Below the pieces are notes generated by a model, which did not search any database, was not told the DNA's origin, and saw nothing but the letters and a program-made list of their open reading frames with translations. Of a stretch of 64,000 bases of DNA, positions 9,929 through 20,092 are shown in pieces (the first letter of the stretch is position 1; every line of letters starts with the position of its first letter). Both the position numbers and the translations under genes were made by a program. The DNA is taken from sequence record DRR723986_13572; one strand, written 5' to 3'.

Positions 9929-11386
9929 ATGAAAGACATTAAAACATTAGGTGAATTAAAAAAAGCGGGTTATCAGTCTAAGTCTATAAAAGATGAATTA
10001 AGAGATAATCTAATTGAAAACATAAAGAATAAAGTTACCACTTTTGAAGGCATACATGGTTATGAAAACACAGTGATTCCAGAGTTAGAGCGTGCGATTT
10101 TATCACGACATAATATTAATTTGTTAGGATTACGTGGACAGGCCAAAACACGTTTGGCGCGTATGATGGTGAACTTACTCGATGAGTATATTCCTTGTGT
10201 AGAAGGTTCAGAAATCAATGATGATCCGTTACAACCTATTTCGCGCTATGCAGTCGAATTAATTAAGGAAAAAGGTGATAACACACCAATTGCATGGCTA
10301 CATCGCGATGAACGTTTTGCAGAGAAATTAGCAACGCCAGATGTAACGGTTGCTGACATTATTGGAGATGTAGACCCAATAAAAGCAGCGAACTTAAAGT
10401 TGAGTTATGCAGATGATCGTGTGATACATTATGGTATGATTCCAAGAGCGAACCGTTGCATTTTTGTTATTAATGAGTTACCAGATTTACAGGCAAGAAT
10501 TCAAGTGGCGCTTTTTAATATTCTACAGGAAGGAGATATACAAATTAGAGGATTTAAGTTGCGCTTACCTTTAGATATGCAATTTGTGTTTACAGCGAAT
10601 CCTGAAGATTATACCAATAGAGGAAGCATCGTTACACCATTAAAAGATAGAATAGGCTCCCAGATTTTAACGCATTATCCAGATTCAGTAGATACAGCTA
10701 GAACGATTACGTCGCAAGAAGCGCGATTAGATGAAAGACAAGCTGAATCTGTCTATGTGCCAGATTTAGCTAAGGACTTACTAGAGCAAATTAGTTTTGA
10801 AGCTAGAGAGAGCGAATATGTGGATGTAAAAAGTGGCGTGAGTGCACGAATGAGCATCACAGCATTTGAAAATTTATTAAGTACTGCTGAGCGTCGTTCT
10901 TTACTAGCTGGAGATGACACTACAACAGTGCGGTTGTCTGATTTTATTGGAGTCATTCCTGCAATTACAGGTAAAGTGGAGTTGGTATACGAAGGCGAAC
11001 AGGAAGGAGCCGATTTTGTAGCAAACACTTTAATTGATGAAGCTATTAAAACACTATTCCCTAAATACTTCCCAAAAATTGAAAAACTAGAGAAGCAAGG
11101 TGAAGAAACACCATATGATGATTTGATTTCATGGTTCTTGAATGGTGATGGTTTTGAACTTTTGGATGATTATGATGATGCAACCTATAAAGCCAAATTA
11201 GATGAGGTAACACCATTAGATGCCTTATTAGCAGATTACCAACCAGATATTGATAAACGAGATGTTTATTTTGAGAAAGAATTTATACTTTGGGGCTTGG
11301 TACAGTTTAAGAAACTCAGTAAATATCGCTACTCGGAAGGACTTCAAATAAAAGATCCTTATGGGAGTTATATTAGTGGATTATAA
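9929..11386 (+). CDS. AAA+ ATPase, Mg-chelatase ChlI/MoxR-related family
   Basis: Walker A GLRGQAKT, Walker B-like FVINE, sensor FTANPED; paired with a vWA gene. Confidence 0.85.
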   Translation: MKDIKTLGELKKAGYQSKSIKDELRDNLIENIKNKVTTFEGIHGYENTVIPELERAILSRHNINLLGLRGQAKTRLARMMVNLLDEYIPCVEGSEINDDPLQPISRYAVELIKEKGDNTPIAWLHRDERFAEKLATPDVTVADIIGDVDPIKAANLKLSYADDRVIHYGMIPRANRCIFVINELPDLQARIQVALFNILQEGDIQIRGFKLRLPLDMQFVFTANPEDYTNRGSIVTPLKDRIGSQILTHYPDSVDTARTITSQEARLDERQAESVYVPDLAKDLLEQISFEARESEYVDVKSGVSARMSITAFENLLSTAERRSLLAGDDTTTVRLSDFIGVIPAITGKVELVYEGEQEGADFVANTLIDEAIKTLFPKYFPKIEKLEKQGEETPYDDLISWFLNGDGFELLDDYDDATYKAKLDEVTPLDALLADYQPDIDKRDVYFEKEFILWGLVQFKKLSKYRYSEGLQIKDPYGSYISGL

Positions 11387-11388
11387 TT

Positions 11389-11961
11389 TTACCAATTATC
11401 ACGACTTTTAATATTAGCATTGCAAAGTCTTATAATTTCTGCAATACGCTTTTCTCTCGTCGCTTGTCGCTTGGCACTGTTAAGCCATGATAGGTAACTC
11501 TTTCTATAACCTTTGGAGAAGTTCTGGTAGTTTTCAAATGCTTTTGGGTTAGCATCAAAGGCTTTTTGTAACTCAGGTGGAATTACTCCATTTTCTACAT
11601 CATCCATTGCAGTCCAGGTTCCTGTTGACTTTGCTAATTCAATCATTTTCCAACCAGGTTCTTGTATGAGACTTGCTTCTTCTAGTTCTATGATGTATTT
11701 TTTATTAAGAGCACTCCAAGTACTTTTGGGGTTTCTAGGTGAGAAGTATTGTTTACGTTTGCCGTCTTCTAAACTTTTAACTGTAGAATCTATCCAACCA
11801 AAACATAGTGCCACTTTTACAGCTTCTTCCCAACGCATGATTGGTATACCAACTTCTAACTTATAAAATATGAGATATACAGCTCTATGTTTATAATGGT
11901 TTTGAAGTAACCAGTCGTACCAATCAGTATCTCGTTCAAAATAGAGTTCTGGGAATTCCAA
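11389..11961 (-). CDS. YdeI/OmpD-associated family protein
   Basis: ALCFGWIDS, PRNPKSTWS and AKRQATREKRI motifs. Confidence 0.85.
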   Translation of the reverse strand: MEFPELYFERDTDWYDWLLQNHYKHRAVYLIFYKLEVGIPIMRWEEAVKVALCFGWIDSTVKSLEDGKRKQYFSPRNPKSTWSALNKKYIIELEEASLIQEPGWKMIELAKSTGTWTAMDDVENGVIPPELQKAFDANPKAFENYQNFSKGYRKSYLSWLNSAKRQATREKRIAEIIRLCNANIKSRDNW

Positions 11962-11967
11962 AGGTTA

Positions 11968-13602
11968 TTAAATTTGCTCAGAATAAATATAATAATCTCT
12001 ATCCACTTCTATTTTATTACCTTTTATAGGCCTAGTTTTCCATTCTGAATTTGGAAATAACCACTCAGTTCCCCCATCAATCTTAACTTCAATTGGCATA
12101 TCAAATCCTTCAACGATGTTGGCATAGCGGAACTTTAATTCATCATTTTCAATCTTATATTCTAACGTCGGAATGCGAACATCTCTAAGATATTGATTAA
12201 AAAATGCGCTTAAATCTTTATTGGTTTTTTCACTGATATAATCTTCAATTTGCTTGGTAGTAACGGTCTTATGGTAAAATTCTGAATTTAGCCCTCTCAG
12301 CACTTCTTTCCATAAGTCATCATCTTCAACCAATTGCCGTAAGGTGTGTAACATGTTTGCACCTTTATAATACATGTCACTTGAGCCTTCTTTGTTTACA
12401 TTATAAGGACCAATTAGAGGTTTGTCGTTCTGAATATTTGCTCTAGTGCCTATGACATAATCTGCAGAAGCTTCTTTGCCATAATAATAGTCTAAAAAGA
12501 GGTTTTCCGAATAGGCTGTAAACCCTTCGTGAATCCACATATCTGCAATGTCTTTATTTGTGATGTTATTGGCAAACCACTCATGACCAGCTTCGTGAAT
12601 AATTATAAAATCGAATTTTAAACCCCAACCAGTTCTAGAAAGATCTCTGCCCAAATACCCTTTTTTATACTGATTTCCATAGGTTACAGAACTTTGGTGC
12701 TCCATACCCAAATAGGGTACTTCAACTAACTTAAAACTATCTTCATAGAATGGATATGGTCCAAACCAATGCTCAAAAGCCTTCATCATTTTTGGTGCGT
12801 CTTTAAATTGCTCTTTGGCTTTATCAACGTTATAAGATAAAACCCAATAATCCATGTCTAATGGGCCTTTTTCACCTTGATAGTCTTCTGAAAAATTGAC
12901 ATAATCACCAATGTTTACATTTACACCATAATTGTTAATAGGATTGGAAACAAACCATTCATACATTTTAAAACCACCATAGTCGTATTCATAAGTATCT
13001 CTGAGTCTGCCATTGGCAACAGCGATTAAGTCCTTTGGAACATCGATAGCAATTCGCATACTGTCGACTTCATCATACATATGGTCTTTGTTAGGCCACC
13101 AAACACTGGCTCCCAAACCTTGGCATGACGTAGCAACAAAGTGCTTTCCGTTTTGGTCTTTTTTCCAAGAAAATCCGCCATCCCAAGGTGCGCGAATCGC
13201 TTCTTTTGGTTTGCCTGAATATTGAACATATAATTCGTTGTAGTCTCCCGGAACTTGTTTTTTCTTTAAATACACGAAATATGCTGGACCAATTTTATTA
13301 TAGTCTAATTTCTCGTTGTCTTGAGAGATTGCTAAAACTTCAAGAGGGTCTTGTAAATCAATCTGAATGACATTATGAGATTTTAATACTTTATAGCGGA
13401 TAATATTATAGCCAGAGACATACTTTTCGTCTGGTTGAACCTTTATATTGAGATCGTAATAATTTAAATCCCACCATTCGCGCTCTGGTGTTATACTGCC
13501 CCTTAGTGTATCTAGCTTAGTAAATTGTTCTTTCACTTTAAGTAATTGTGCAGATGATACAGTACTTAGAGCTAGAAAAAGTATGAGTAAAAATTGCTTC
13601 AC
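11968..13602 (-). CDS. M1 family zinc aminopeptidase, secreted
   Basis: GMEH, HEAGHEW...WIHEG (HExxH-x18-E), YYKGA; signal peptide. Confidence 0.9.
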   Translation of the reverse strand: MKQFLLILFLALSTVSSAQLLKVKEQFTKLDTLRGSITPEREWWDLNYYDLNIKVQPDEKYVSGYNIIRYKVLKSHNVIQIDLQDPLEVLAISQDNEKLDYNKIGPAYFVYLKKKQVPGDYNELYVQYSGKPKEAIRAPWDGGFSWKKDQNGKHFVATSCQGLGASVWWPNKDHMYDEVDSMRIAIDVPKDLIAVANGRLRDTYEYDYGGFKMYEWFVSNPINNYGVNVNIGDYVNFSEDYQGEKGPLDMDYWVLSYNVDKAKEQFKDAPKMMKAFEHWFGPYPFYEDSFKLVEVPYLGMEHQSSVTYGNQYKKGYLGRDLSRTGWGLKFDFIIIHEAGHEWFANNITNKDIADMWIHEGFTAYSENLFLDYYYGKEASADYVIGTRANIQNDKPLIGPYNVNKEGSSDMYYKGANMLHTLRQLVEDDDLWKEVLRGLNSEFYHKTVTTKQIEDYISEKTNKDLSAFFNQYLRDVRIPTLEYKIENDELKFRYANIVEGFDMPIEVKIDGGTEWLFPNSEWKTRPIKGNKIEVDRDYYIYSEQI

Positions 13603-13605
13603 GCT

Positions 13606-13950
13606 TTAATTGATTTTTAATTTAATGTACTTCAGAAACATAAAGGTTCCCATTACCAAATTGAGGCCAATATATATAGTACCCACGATGAGTAAATTAT
13701 TATAATTATCAGTAACCGTTTCAAATTCTGAAAGCTCCGATATTAAGGCTAAAACCATATATAGGTTCAGAAAAATGAATATGGCTGAAATTATCATACC
13801 AGAAATCGCCTTTTTACTTGTTATTTGGTATATCATTACTGTTAATAGAGCAATGGCAACTGGGTTTAAAATGTTAGCGGTTAAGGTCCAATAATATATT
13901 ATGGAAATGATTAAAAATAATTCTGGTATGACAAGTTTTAAGTTTTTCAT
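13606..13950 (-). CDS. Hypothetical membrane protein (about 4 TM)
   Basis: Hydrophobic 114-aa ORF tightly packed in the operon. Confidence 0.7.
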   Translation of the reverse strand: MKNLKLVIPELFLIISIIYYWTLTANILNPVAIALLTVMIYQITSKKAISGMIISAIFIFLNLYMVLALISELSEFETVTDNYNNLLIVGTIYIGLNLVMGTFMFLKYIKLKIN

Positions 13951-13996
13951 TTAATGATTGAATTAAAATATACAAACTAAACGAACAAAACTACCT

Positions 13997-15343
13997 TTAT
14001 CGTATGATTTTATTTGGAAAAACCACTACGCTTTCATGACCTTCCTCATCAACAGAAGCGACACCAAATAATGAATTATCAATTACAATACCTTCTAAAG
14101 TAAACTCAGTAACATCACCAACATAACGACTGTTGTCCCAAGTAGCTGAGGTCGTATCTCGCCAATAAATTTTATAACCAGCAGCACCATCTACTTTAGA
14201 CCATTGTAATTTAGCTGAAGCTTTGACAATACCACCAATACCAACTTCCTTTGGTGATGGAGGAGCAGAAGCAAGGTTAGCCATAGTTATGGCGTTAACT
14301 GCAGTTAGTTTTTTACAATATGGAAAATTTACATGTTCAAATGTATCGCCATATGCAATGCCATTTTCAGTTCTTATGTCTTGATGCTGTTGCGTGTAGT
14401 TTTCGTGAGCTTCCATGATTCTGAGCCCAGCAAAACCCACATCATTAAATGGTCTATGATGACCTCCACGACCAAATCGATCTAGACGATAGACCATCAT
14501 TGGATTCATTTCTGGCATGTAAGTCTTTGTAGTTTTATATACATATCGTGCTAATTGACGTGAAATACCATCCACTTCACCACCATAAAAACGGCGTGCT
14601 CTTGCTTGTCCTTTTAATTTTTCAGCGTCGGTTTCACCCGTTGTTGTAGGTTCCGAGAAAATTCTAAAAGTACGATTGTCAATGACTCCATCAACACCTT
14701 CAATATTTCCAATCATATCATTATTTAGTACGCCAATGATCTCCCAATTATTTTCTTTAGCATACCTAGCCATCCCTTGTCCACCAAATAAGCCTTGTTC
14801 TTCACCAGACAAACCCAAATAAACAATACTACTTTCAAATTTATATTTTGAAAGAACACGAGCGGCTTCAATGGCTCCAGCCATTCCTGTGGCATTATCG
14901 TTGGCACCTGGTGAATCCGATGTGTAGTCTGTTGGGTCAGATACTCTAGAATCAATATCACCACTCATTATAATAAATCGGTTTGGATATTTAGTACCAC
15001 GTTGTATAGCGACTACATTAACGACCATTACATCTTTAACAATTCGTTGATTTGTGCCTTTTTCTACGAGATCTTTTTGAAAAAAGACTTCTAAGCAATC
15101 ATTACAGTCCTTAGAAATATTATCGAATTGTGATTTTATCCAGCGTCTAGCAGCTCCTATGCCACGAGTTTCGGAGAGTGTATCGCTTAAGGTGTGTCTC
15201 GTGCCAAAATCAGCAAGTGTTTTTACATCATTTCTTAGACGATCTTCAGAAACATCATTAATAATGTCATAGATTTTTGGGTCTGTTTGGGCTGAAGAAA
15301 AGAAAGAAAAAAGAAGGATAAAAAGAGATAGTATATATTTCAT
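13997..15343 (-). CDS. M28 family metallopeptidase with C-terminal FN3-like domain
   Basis: PGANDNATG, GEEQGL, LNNDMIG, GHH motifs; signal peptide. Confidence 0.9.
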   Translation of the reverse strand: MKYILSLFILLFSFFSSAQTDPKIYDIINDVSEDRLRNDVKTLADFGTRHTLSDTLSETRGIGAARRWIKSQFDNISKDCNDCLEVFFQKDLVEKGTNQRIVKDVMVVNVVAIQRGTKYPNRFIIMSGDIDSRVSDPTDYTSDSPGANDNATGMAGAIEAARVLSKYKFESSIVYLGLSGEEQGLFGGQGMARYAKENNWEIIGVLNNDMIGNIEGVDGVIDNRTFRIFSEPTTTGETDAEKLKGQARARRFYGGEVDGISRQLARYVYKTTKTYMPEMNPMMVYRLDRFGRGGHHRPFNDVGFAGLRIMEAHENYTQQHQDIRTENGIAYGDTFEHVNFPYCKKLTAVNAITMANLASAPPSPKEVGIGGIVKASAKLQWSKVDGAAGYKIYWRDTTSATWDNSRYVGDVTEFTLEGIVIDNSLFGVASVDEEGHESVVVFPNKIIR

Positions 15344-15349
15344 TTGATA

Positions 15350-16495
15350 TTAATTTGTAAGTTTTAAAGTTCCGAAAATATTTGCATCAATCCAACCTCT
15401 GTTTTTGTCCTCACTTGGGACATAAACTGAGCCGATAAAATTTTCGCGATGTTCACTATTATCATTATCACAATAGGCTAGAGCAAAACCTACACCTTTA
15501 CCCGGTTGAAGTTTTATAGGTGAGTTTTCTCCATCATCAGAATAAAAATCATCATAAAGCGATATTTTTACTTCCCAAACTGATGTATTTCCTGTAGTAA
15601 TGCGTTTAGATTCTATGTGAGAATTATAAATTTTCCCTTTTTTATCTGTAGACATATCTACTACGTTTCCATCTAAAGCAATATGATAAGCAAAGGCATT
15701 ATGATTGTATTGATGATTGCCACCACTATTATCTTCATCAACAAATATTTCTAAGCAATCATCATCCCACCAGGCAGTAAGAGGATCTGCGTTATTGTCT
15801 ACCAGTTTATCATCTTTAATTTCGGCTAAAAGATAAATCGCATCCTCATCCCACGACAATTTATATCGTCCAGCAAAATCTTCTTTGGAGTAAGCTTCCC
15901 CAAGCCAGAGTTGATCTAAAGGCAACCAAATTTTGCTTGACCAAATATCATCATCTGCCTTACCATCGATAACTGGTTTTACTTCAGCTTTTCTTACAGT
16001 AATAAGTTGATTGATGTGTTTCGGTTTTGCAACCTCCTTTTTATAATTGAATTTTACAGTTTCAACTTTGCCATTTTCTTTTATGTCTACATAAACATTC
16101 ATTTCATTAGTCGAAACACGTTCAAAAGCCATGCCTTCAAAAACGACTTTGTTTTTAGTAATTTCAATTAATGGAAAATCAACCGTTTCATCTTTAGTTT
16201 CCCAACCTTTTAAATCTGGCCCGAAGTGTTTCAGATGCAACACCAAAGTATTTTCAATTTCGCGAATAACTTCAATTTCATAAAAGGTGACTTTGCCATC
16301 GTTTATTAACTTAAAAGTCGCCATCATGGGGCCACCAGAAGGTTCACTCCAAATTTCTTCAGTTTGCCCACCGAAGGCCTCTCCATGCCATGTACCAGCA
16401 ATCCAAGCGATGTTTTCTAGCTTAGGTTCTAAGGGTTTATTCTGCGAAATAACAGTGAATGATAAACAAATAAATAAAAGGTTTAGGTATTTCAT
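15350..16495 (-). CDS. Secreted two-domain protein: DUF6265-like N-terminus plus CBM9/DOMON-like sugar-binding C-terminus
   Basis: WIAGTWHG...EEIWSEP N-domain; PVIDGKADDDIW...WDEDAIYLLAEIKDD...DCLEIFVD C-domain. Confidence 0.65.
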   Translation of the reverse strand: MKYLNLLFICLSFTVISQNKPLEPKLENIAWIAGTWHGEAFGGQTEEIWSEPSGGPMMATFKLINDGKVTFYEIEVIREIENTLVLHLKHFGPDLKGWETKDETVDFPLIEITKNKVVFEGMAFERVSTNEMNVYVDIKENGKVETVKFNYKKEVAKPKHINQLITVRKAEVKPVIDGKADDDIWSSKIWLPLDQLWLGEAYSKEDFAGRYKLSWDEDAIYLLAEIKDDKLVDNNADPLTAWWDDDCLEIFVDEDNSGGNHQYNHNAFAYHIALDGNVVDMSTDKKGKIYNSHIESKRITTGNTSVWEVKISLYDDFYSDDGENSPIKLQPGKGVGFALAYCDNDNSEHRENFIGSVYVPSEDKNRGWIDANIFGTLKLTN

Positions 16496-16543
16496 CTGTA
16501 TAGTATAATCAGTATCTTCGTGAAGATACCATAAACTTTAAAT

Positions 16544-17869
16544 ATGAACAAGATTCTTATACCTATACTCTTTTTTTTAATCTGTTTTGGTTGTGCCGAA
16601 AATGCACCTGAAACAACATCTATTAATCCAGAAACTTATTGGGGTGCAAGTCCTTGGCCAGACATTAGAAAAAAGAGAATCAATGAATTATTACCAAAAG
16701 CATTAAAGGCTGCTAAAGTAGATTGTTGGTTAATTATTTGTAGAGAGAATAACAACGATCCTATAGCAGATCATATTGGTGGTGAGAATGCTGGCGGAAC
16801 AGCTGTGTTTTTATTTTACAATGATTCAGAAGGCTTTCACTCTAAAGTATTTTCACCTTCTGGTGAGGCTACAGCGTTGGATGACTTGGATATACATGAT
16901 GAAGTCATTAGCGTAGAAAGAGGCACATCTGCTGTTACTATGGCTGTGGATTATATTAAAACCAATGATTTTGAGAGCATTGCAGTAAATTCATCTACAA
17001 GTAATTCTATGGCAGATGGATTAACTTATACACAACGAGAGAATTTAGAAGCACTCTTGGGTAGTCATTCTGAGCGTTTGGTTTCCTCTACGGAATTGGT
17101 ATATGAGTGGTTATCCATTAAACTACCTGAAGAAGTAGATATATTGCGTAAAGCAGCTCAGTTAACAGCCGATTGGCAAATAGAAGCTTACCAGCAAGTT
17201 ATTCCAGGTACATCGACAGATGCCGATATTGCTAAATTTTTAAAGCAAAAGATGGCTGAATATGGTGTAAAAGATGGTTGGGCACCAGATCAGAATCCAA
17301 ATGTGAATTCTGGTGCAGATCGTGGTCATTCGCATGCTACTGCTAAGGTTATAATGCCTGGTGATGTAATTCAAATTGATTTTGGAATAAAAGTTTATAA
17401 TCGTTGGGTAAGTGATATTCAACGTTTTGCTTATGTTTTAAGACAAGGTGAAACTGAAGTACCAAAAGACATTATGCACTACTGGGAAAGTGGAAAAGCA
17501 GGAAATAGAGCTGCATTAGCAGCCATGAAGCCTGGTGTAAAAGGTGTAGACGTGGACAGAGCACAACGCGTTCTTATGGAAAAGGCAGGCTCTGATTATG
17601 TAATGTGGAGTACAGGTCACCCTGTAGGGTACGTTGCTCATGATGTAGGGCCCAATCTTGGTGGTTCGCAAGCTTCTCACCTACGACCTGCATCTGAAAA
17701 AATAATCAAAGAAGGTATGACATTTGCGTTTGATGGTTTTCACGCATGGAAATTAAAAGATGGTGGTATAAAAACAATATCAGTAGAGGAAATGGCTGTA
17801 GTCAAAGCTGATAAAGCGGAATATTTAATAGAGCCTCAGGAAGATTTAATTTTGATTAAGAGTAAGTGA
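16544..17869 (+). CDS. M24 family (Xaa-Pro-like) metallopeptidase, probable lipoprotein
   Basis: Lipobox-like CFGC; QIDFG, SDIQR, GHPVG..HD and VEEM pita-bread motifs. Confidence 0.85.
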   Translation: MNKILIPILFFLICFGCAENAPETTSINPETYWGASPWPDIRKKRINELLPKALKAAKVDCWLIICRENNNDPIADHIGGENAGGTAVFLFYNDSEGFHSKVFSPSGEATALDDLDIHDEVISVERGTSAVTMAVDYIKTNDFESIAVNSSTSNSMADGLTYTQRENLEALLGSHSERLVSSTELVYEWLSIKLPEEVDILRKAAQLTADWQIEAYQQVIPGTSTDADIAKFLKQKMAEYGVKDGWAPDQNPNVNSGADRGHSHATAKVIMPGDVIQIDFGIKVYNRWVSDIQRFAYVLRQGETEVPKDIMHYWESGKAGNRAALAAMKPGVKGVDVDRAQRVLMEKAGSDYVMWSTGHPVGYVAHDVGPNLGGSQASHLRPASEKIIKEGMTFAFDGFHAWKLKDGGIKTISVEEMAVVKADKAEYLIEPQEDLILIKSK

Positions 17870-17886
17870 TAATATGGTTTTGAGTC

Positions 17887-19161
17887 CTACTGTATAAAAG
17901 TTACTTTAGAAATTTTACCATTTTCAACTTCATAAATTGCGACAGCATTAAAAACTTGTCCGTTTGCAGTAACTTGCTCTTCATCAATTACTTTATTGCC
18001 AATAACAATTCGTTTTTTAATGAAAGCTCTTAGGTCTGGAGTCTGTTTAAACCAAGCCGAGTAATCTTTTCGCATTTGTTCTTGTCCTTCTGATAATAAA
18101 GTGTTTGGGTATCTGTATAGTTTTACATTCTTAGTGTAAGTAGCCATAAATGCATCAATATCTCTGGCGTTATATGCATCTAATTGCATCTGTACAATTC
18201 GTTCGGCTTCAGTTGGTTCAATATTTTCAGTTGAGCTATCAGAATCGGCTTCTTCTGTTTTAGTAGTTGTTTCTGTCGATGTTTCTTCAGTTTTAGTGTC
18301 GTTAGATAAATCAGCAGCAATTAGAAGTTGGGTTCCAGATTCATTTACTGCCAAACGTGTAATTTTTGAAATTCCATTGTCCTTTAAGTCTGTTATTGTT
18401 TTCCAGTTGTTATCTCTACGCAATGTTAGTTTGAAAAGTACGCTGTCTTTACCAGATAAAAGTGTATTACCGTCTAACCAGCAGATATCTTCAACACCTT
18501 CAATTGTATTTGCAATAAGCCTTATTCGACCTGTTTTGGGATCTATGGATTTTATCTGCCATTGATTCTCATTTTCCTTAGAAATGAAACTCACTAAATT
18601 CGAATTCGGGATTCTTTGGAATGAACGTCCAACATTGGTTGCATATTTTTGGCTTTTGCCGGTTTCTATGTCAATAGCGTAAAGGTTTAACTCTTCATCT
18701 TCAATTACCGCTGAAACAATAGTATTATTAGACCATGTGTAATAAGCAACTACTAGGTCTTGTATTAATTCTTCTGATTCTCCATTGCTCCAATTGTAGT
18801 AATATAATCTCTGTTTGCCATCTTTATCTAAACGCACTGCAGAAATATCATTTTTATTTGGAATGCGTAGCGGTGTATATTCACCACCTTCGGTATAATT
18901 CAACCAACTTTTAGCATTATAACGTGTATCAAATTTTGCAATATCGGTTTGTCCGTTTCTGTTTGAAGCAAATAAAATATATCTGTCGTCATAAAAAGAA
19001 GGTTGATTATCATATCCCTCATTGTTTGATAGGTTTGTACCACTATCGAAACTAATTTTTGAGGCTGATTTTTCAATTTTAAAAAGGAAAACTTCCGTAT
19101 TAGATTGAGAAAAACAATTAATGGTAAAAAGAACAATAAAGATTGAATAGAAATATTTCAT
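17887..19161 (-). CDS. Secreted TolB-like propeller fused to NTF2/SnoaL-like domain
   Basis: GYDNQPSF propeller repeats, T/E/S-rich linker, C-terminal VQMQLDAYNARDIDAF...VIDEE NTF2-like domain. Confidence 0.75.
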   Translation of the reverse strand: MKYFYSIFIVLFTINCFSQSNTEVFLFKIEKSASKISFDSGTNLSNNEGYDNQPSFYDDRYILFASNRNGQTDIAKFDTRYNAKSWLNYTEGGEYTPLRIPNKNDISAVRLDKDGKQRLYYYNWSNGESEELIQDLVVAYYTWSNNTIVSAVIEDEELNLYAIDIETGKSQKYATNVGRSFQRIPNSNLVSFISKENENQWQIKSIDPKTGRIRLIANTIEGVEDICWLDGNTLLSGKDSVLFKLTLRRDNNWKTITDLKDNGISKITRLAVNESGTQLLIAADLSNDTKTEETSTETTTKTEEADSDSSTENIEPTEAERIVQMQLDAYNARDIDAFMATYTKNVKLYRYPNTLLSEGQEQMRKDYSAWFKQTPDLRAFIKKRIVIGNKVIDEEQVTANGQVFNAVAIYEVENGKISKVTFIQ

Positions 19162-19399
19162 TAGAAAGCAAGATTGATTCTTTAAATATAAACATTATCC
19201 CAATTATGACTGTAAAATTATTATAGAATACTTGTACTCTTATGCTGCAGAAGTTCAGTTTCAATATATGTTTTTCATCGGTGAAATTTACAAGACTTAC
19301 ATTTTGAACGATTTAACATACGTTTATGGCAGTAATACTCGTACTTAGATGATATGCAGTTGATTTGTACAACCCAAACAATCTATAAATAACCTACAT

Positions 19400-19964
19400 A
19401 TGAAAACTACTCTTGTAAAAATAGTATTTACTTCAGTATTAATCTCTGTAGTTTTTATCGGAAAATTGAATGCCAACACTTGTGTTTAGCACAATAATGT
19501 ATATACATCAGTAAAGGAGGGTTCTACCAATACTAACACTAACGATCATAGACGTAAAATTAGATTAGGTTTTACTGCACCGAGTGCCATGCATCGTCAA
19601 TTACTATTAACTGAAGATGAAAATGCATCAAATGAAATAGATTGGGGTTATGATGGTGAGTATTACGAAACAGAATATGATGATATGTATTGGTTAATAG
19701 AAGGTGGTTTATTTACAATACAGGGAACAGACATTATAGACGAGTCTTCTAATTTTACTATAGGATTTCATACAAATGATAGCGGTTTAAATACGATTAG
19801 AATAGATGTATTAGAGAATATCGGTGATGGTTTATACTAATACAAATTTATGAGATGGCACCTATGGCGAGTATGAGCTTAATAACTTAAGTACCGGAAC
19901 TTATATCATTAAATTGTATACAGAAAACAACAAAGCCATTACAAAGAAAATTATTGTGAAGTAA
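19400..19964 (+). pseudogene. Disrupted T9SS-secreted protein (in-frame TAG plus probable internal deletion/frameshift)
   Basis: ATG 19400 MKTTLVK... signal peptide; TAG at 19487-19489; frame continues KIRLGF..HRQLLL..GYDG; stop at 19838-19840; a T9SS CTD tail LSTGTYIIKL...TKKIIVK* follows in another frame. Confidence 0.75.
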
Positions 19965-19993
19965 TGTGATACTTCGATTTTTTAGTTAGTTAG

Positions 19994-20071
19994 AAAAAGG
20001 TTTTAAGGTTTTACACTTTAAAGCCTTTTTAATAATAAAAAAGCCAATTCAAATTAATGAATTGGCTTTTT
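19994..20071. terminator. Two tandem intrinsic terminator hairpins between convergent genes
   Basis: AAAAAGGTTTTAAG..CTTTAAAGCCTTTTT and AAAAAGCCAATTCA..TGAATTGGCTTTTT. Confidence 0.75.
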
Positions 20072-20092
20072 CCATTTTCTAACTAAACTTAA

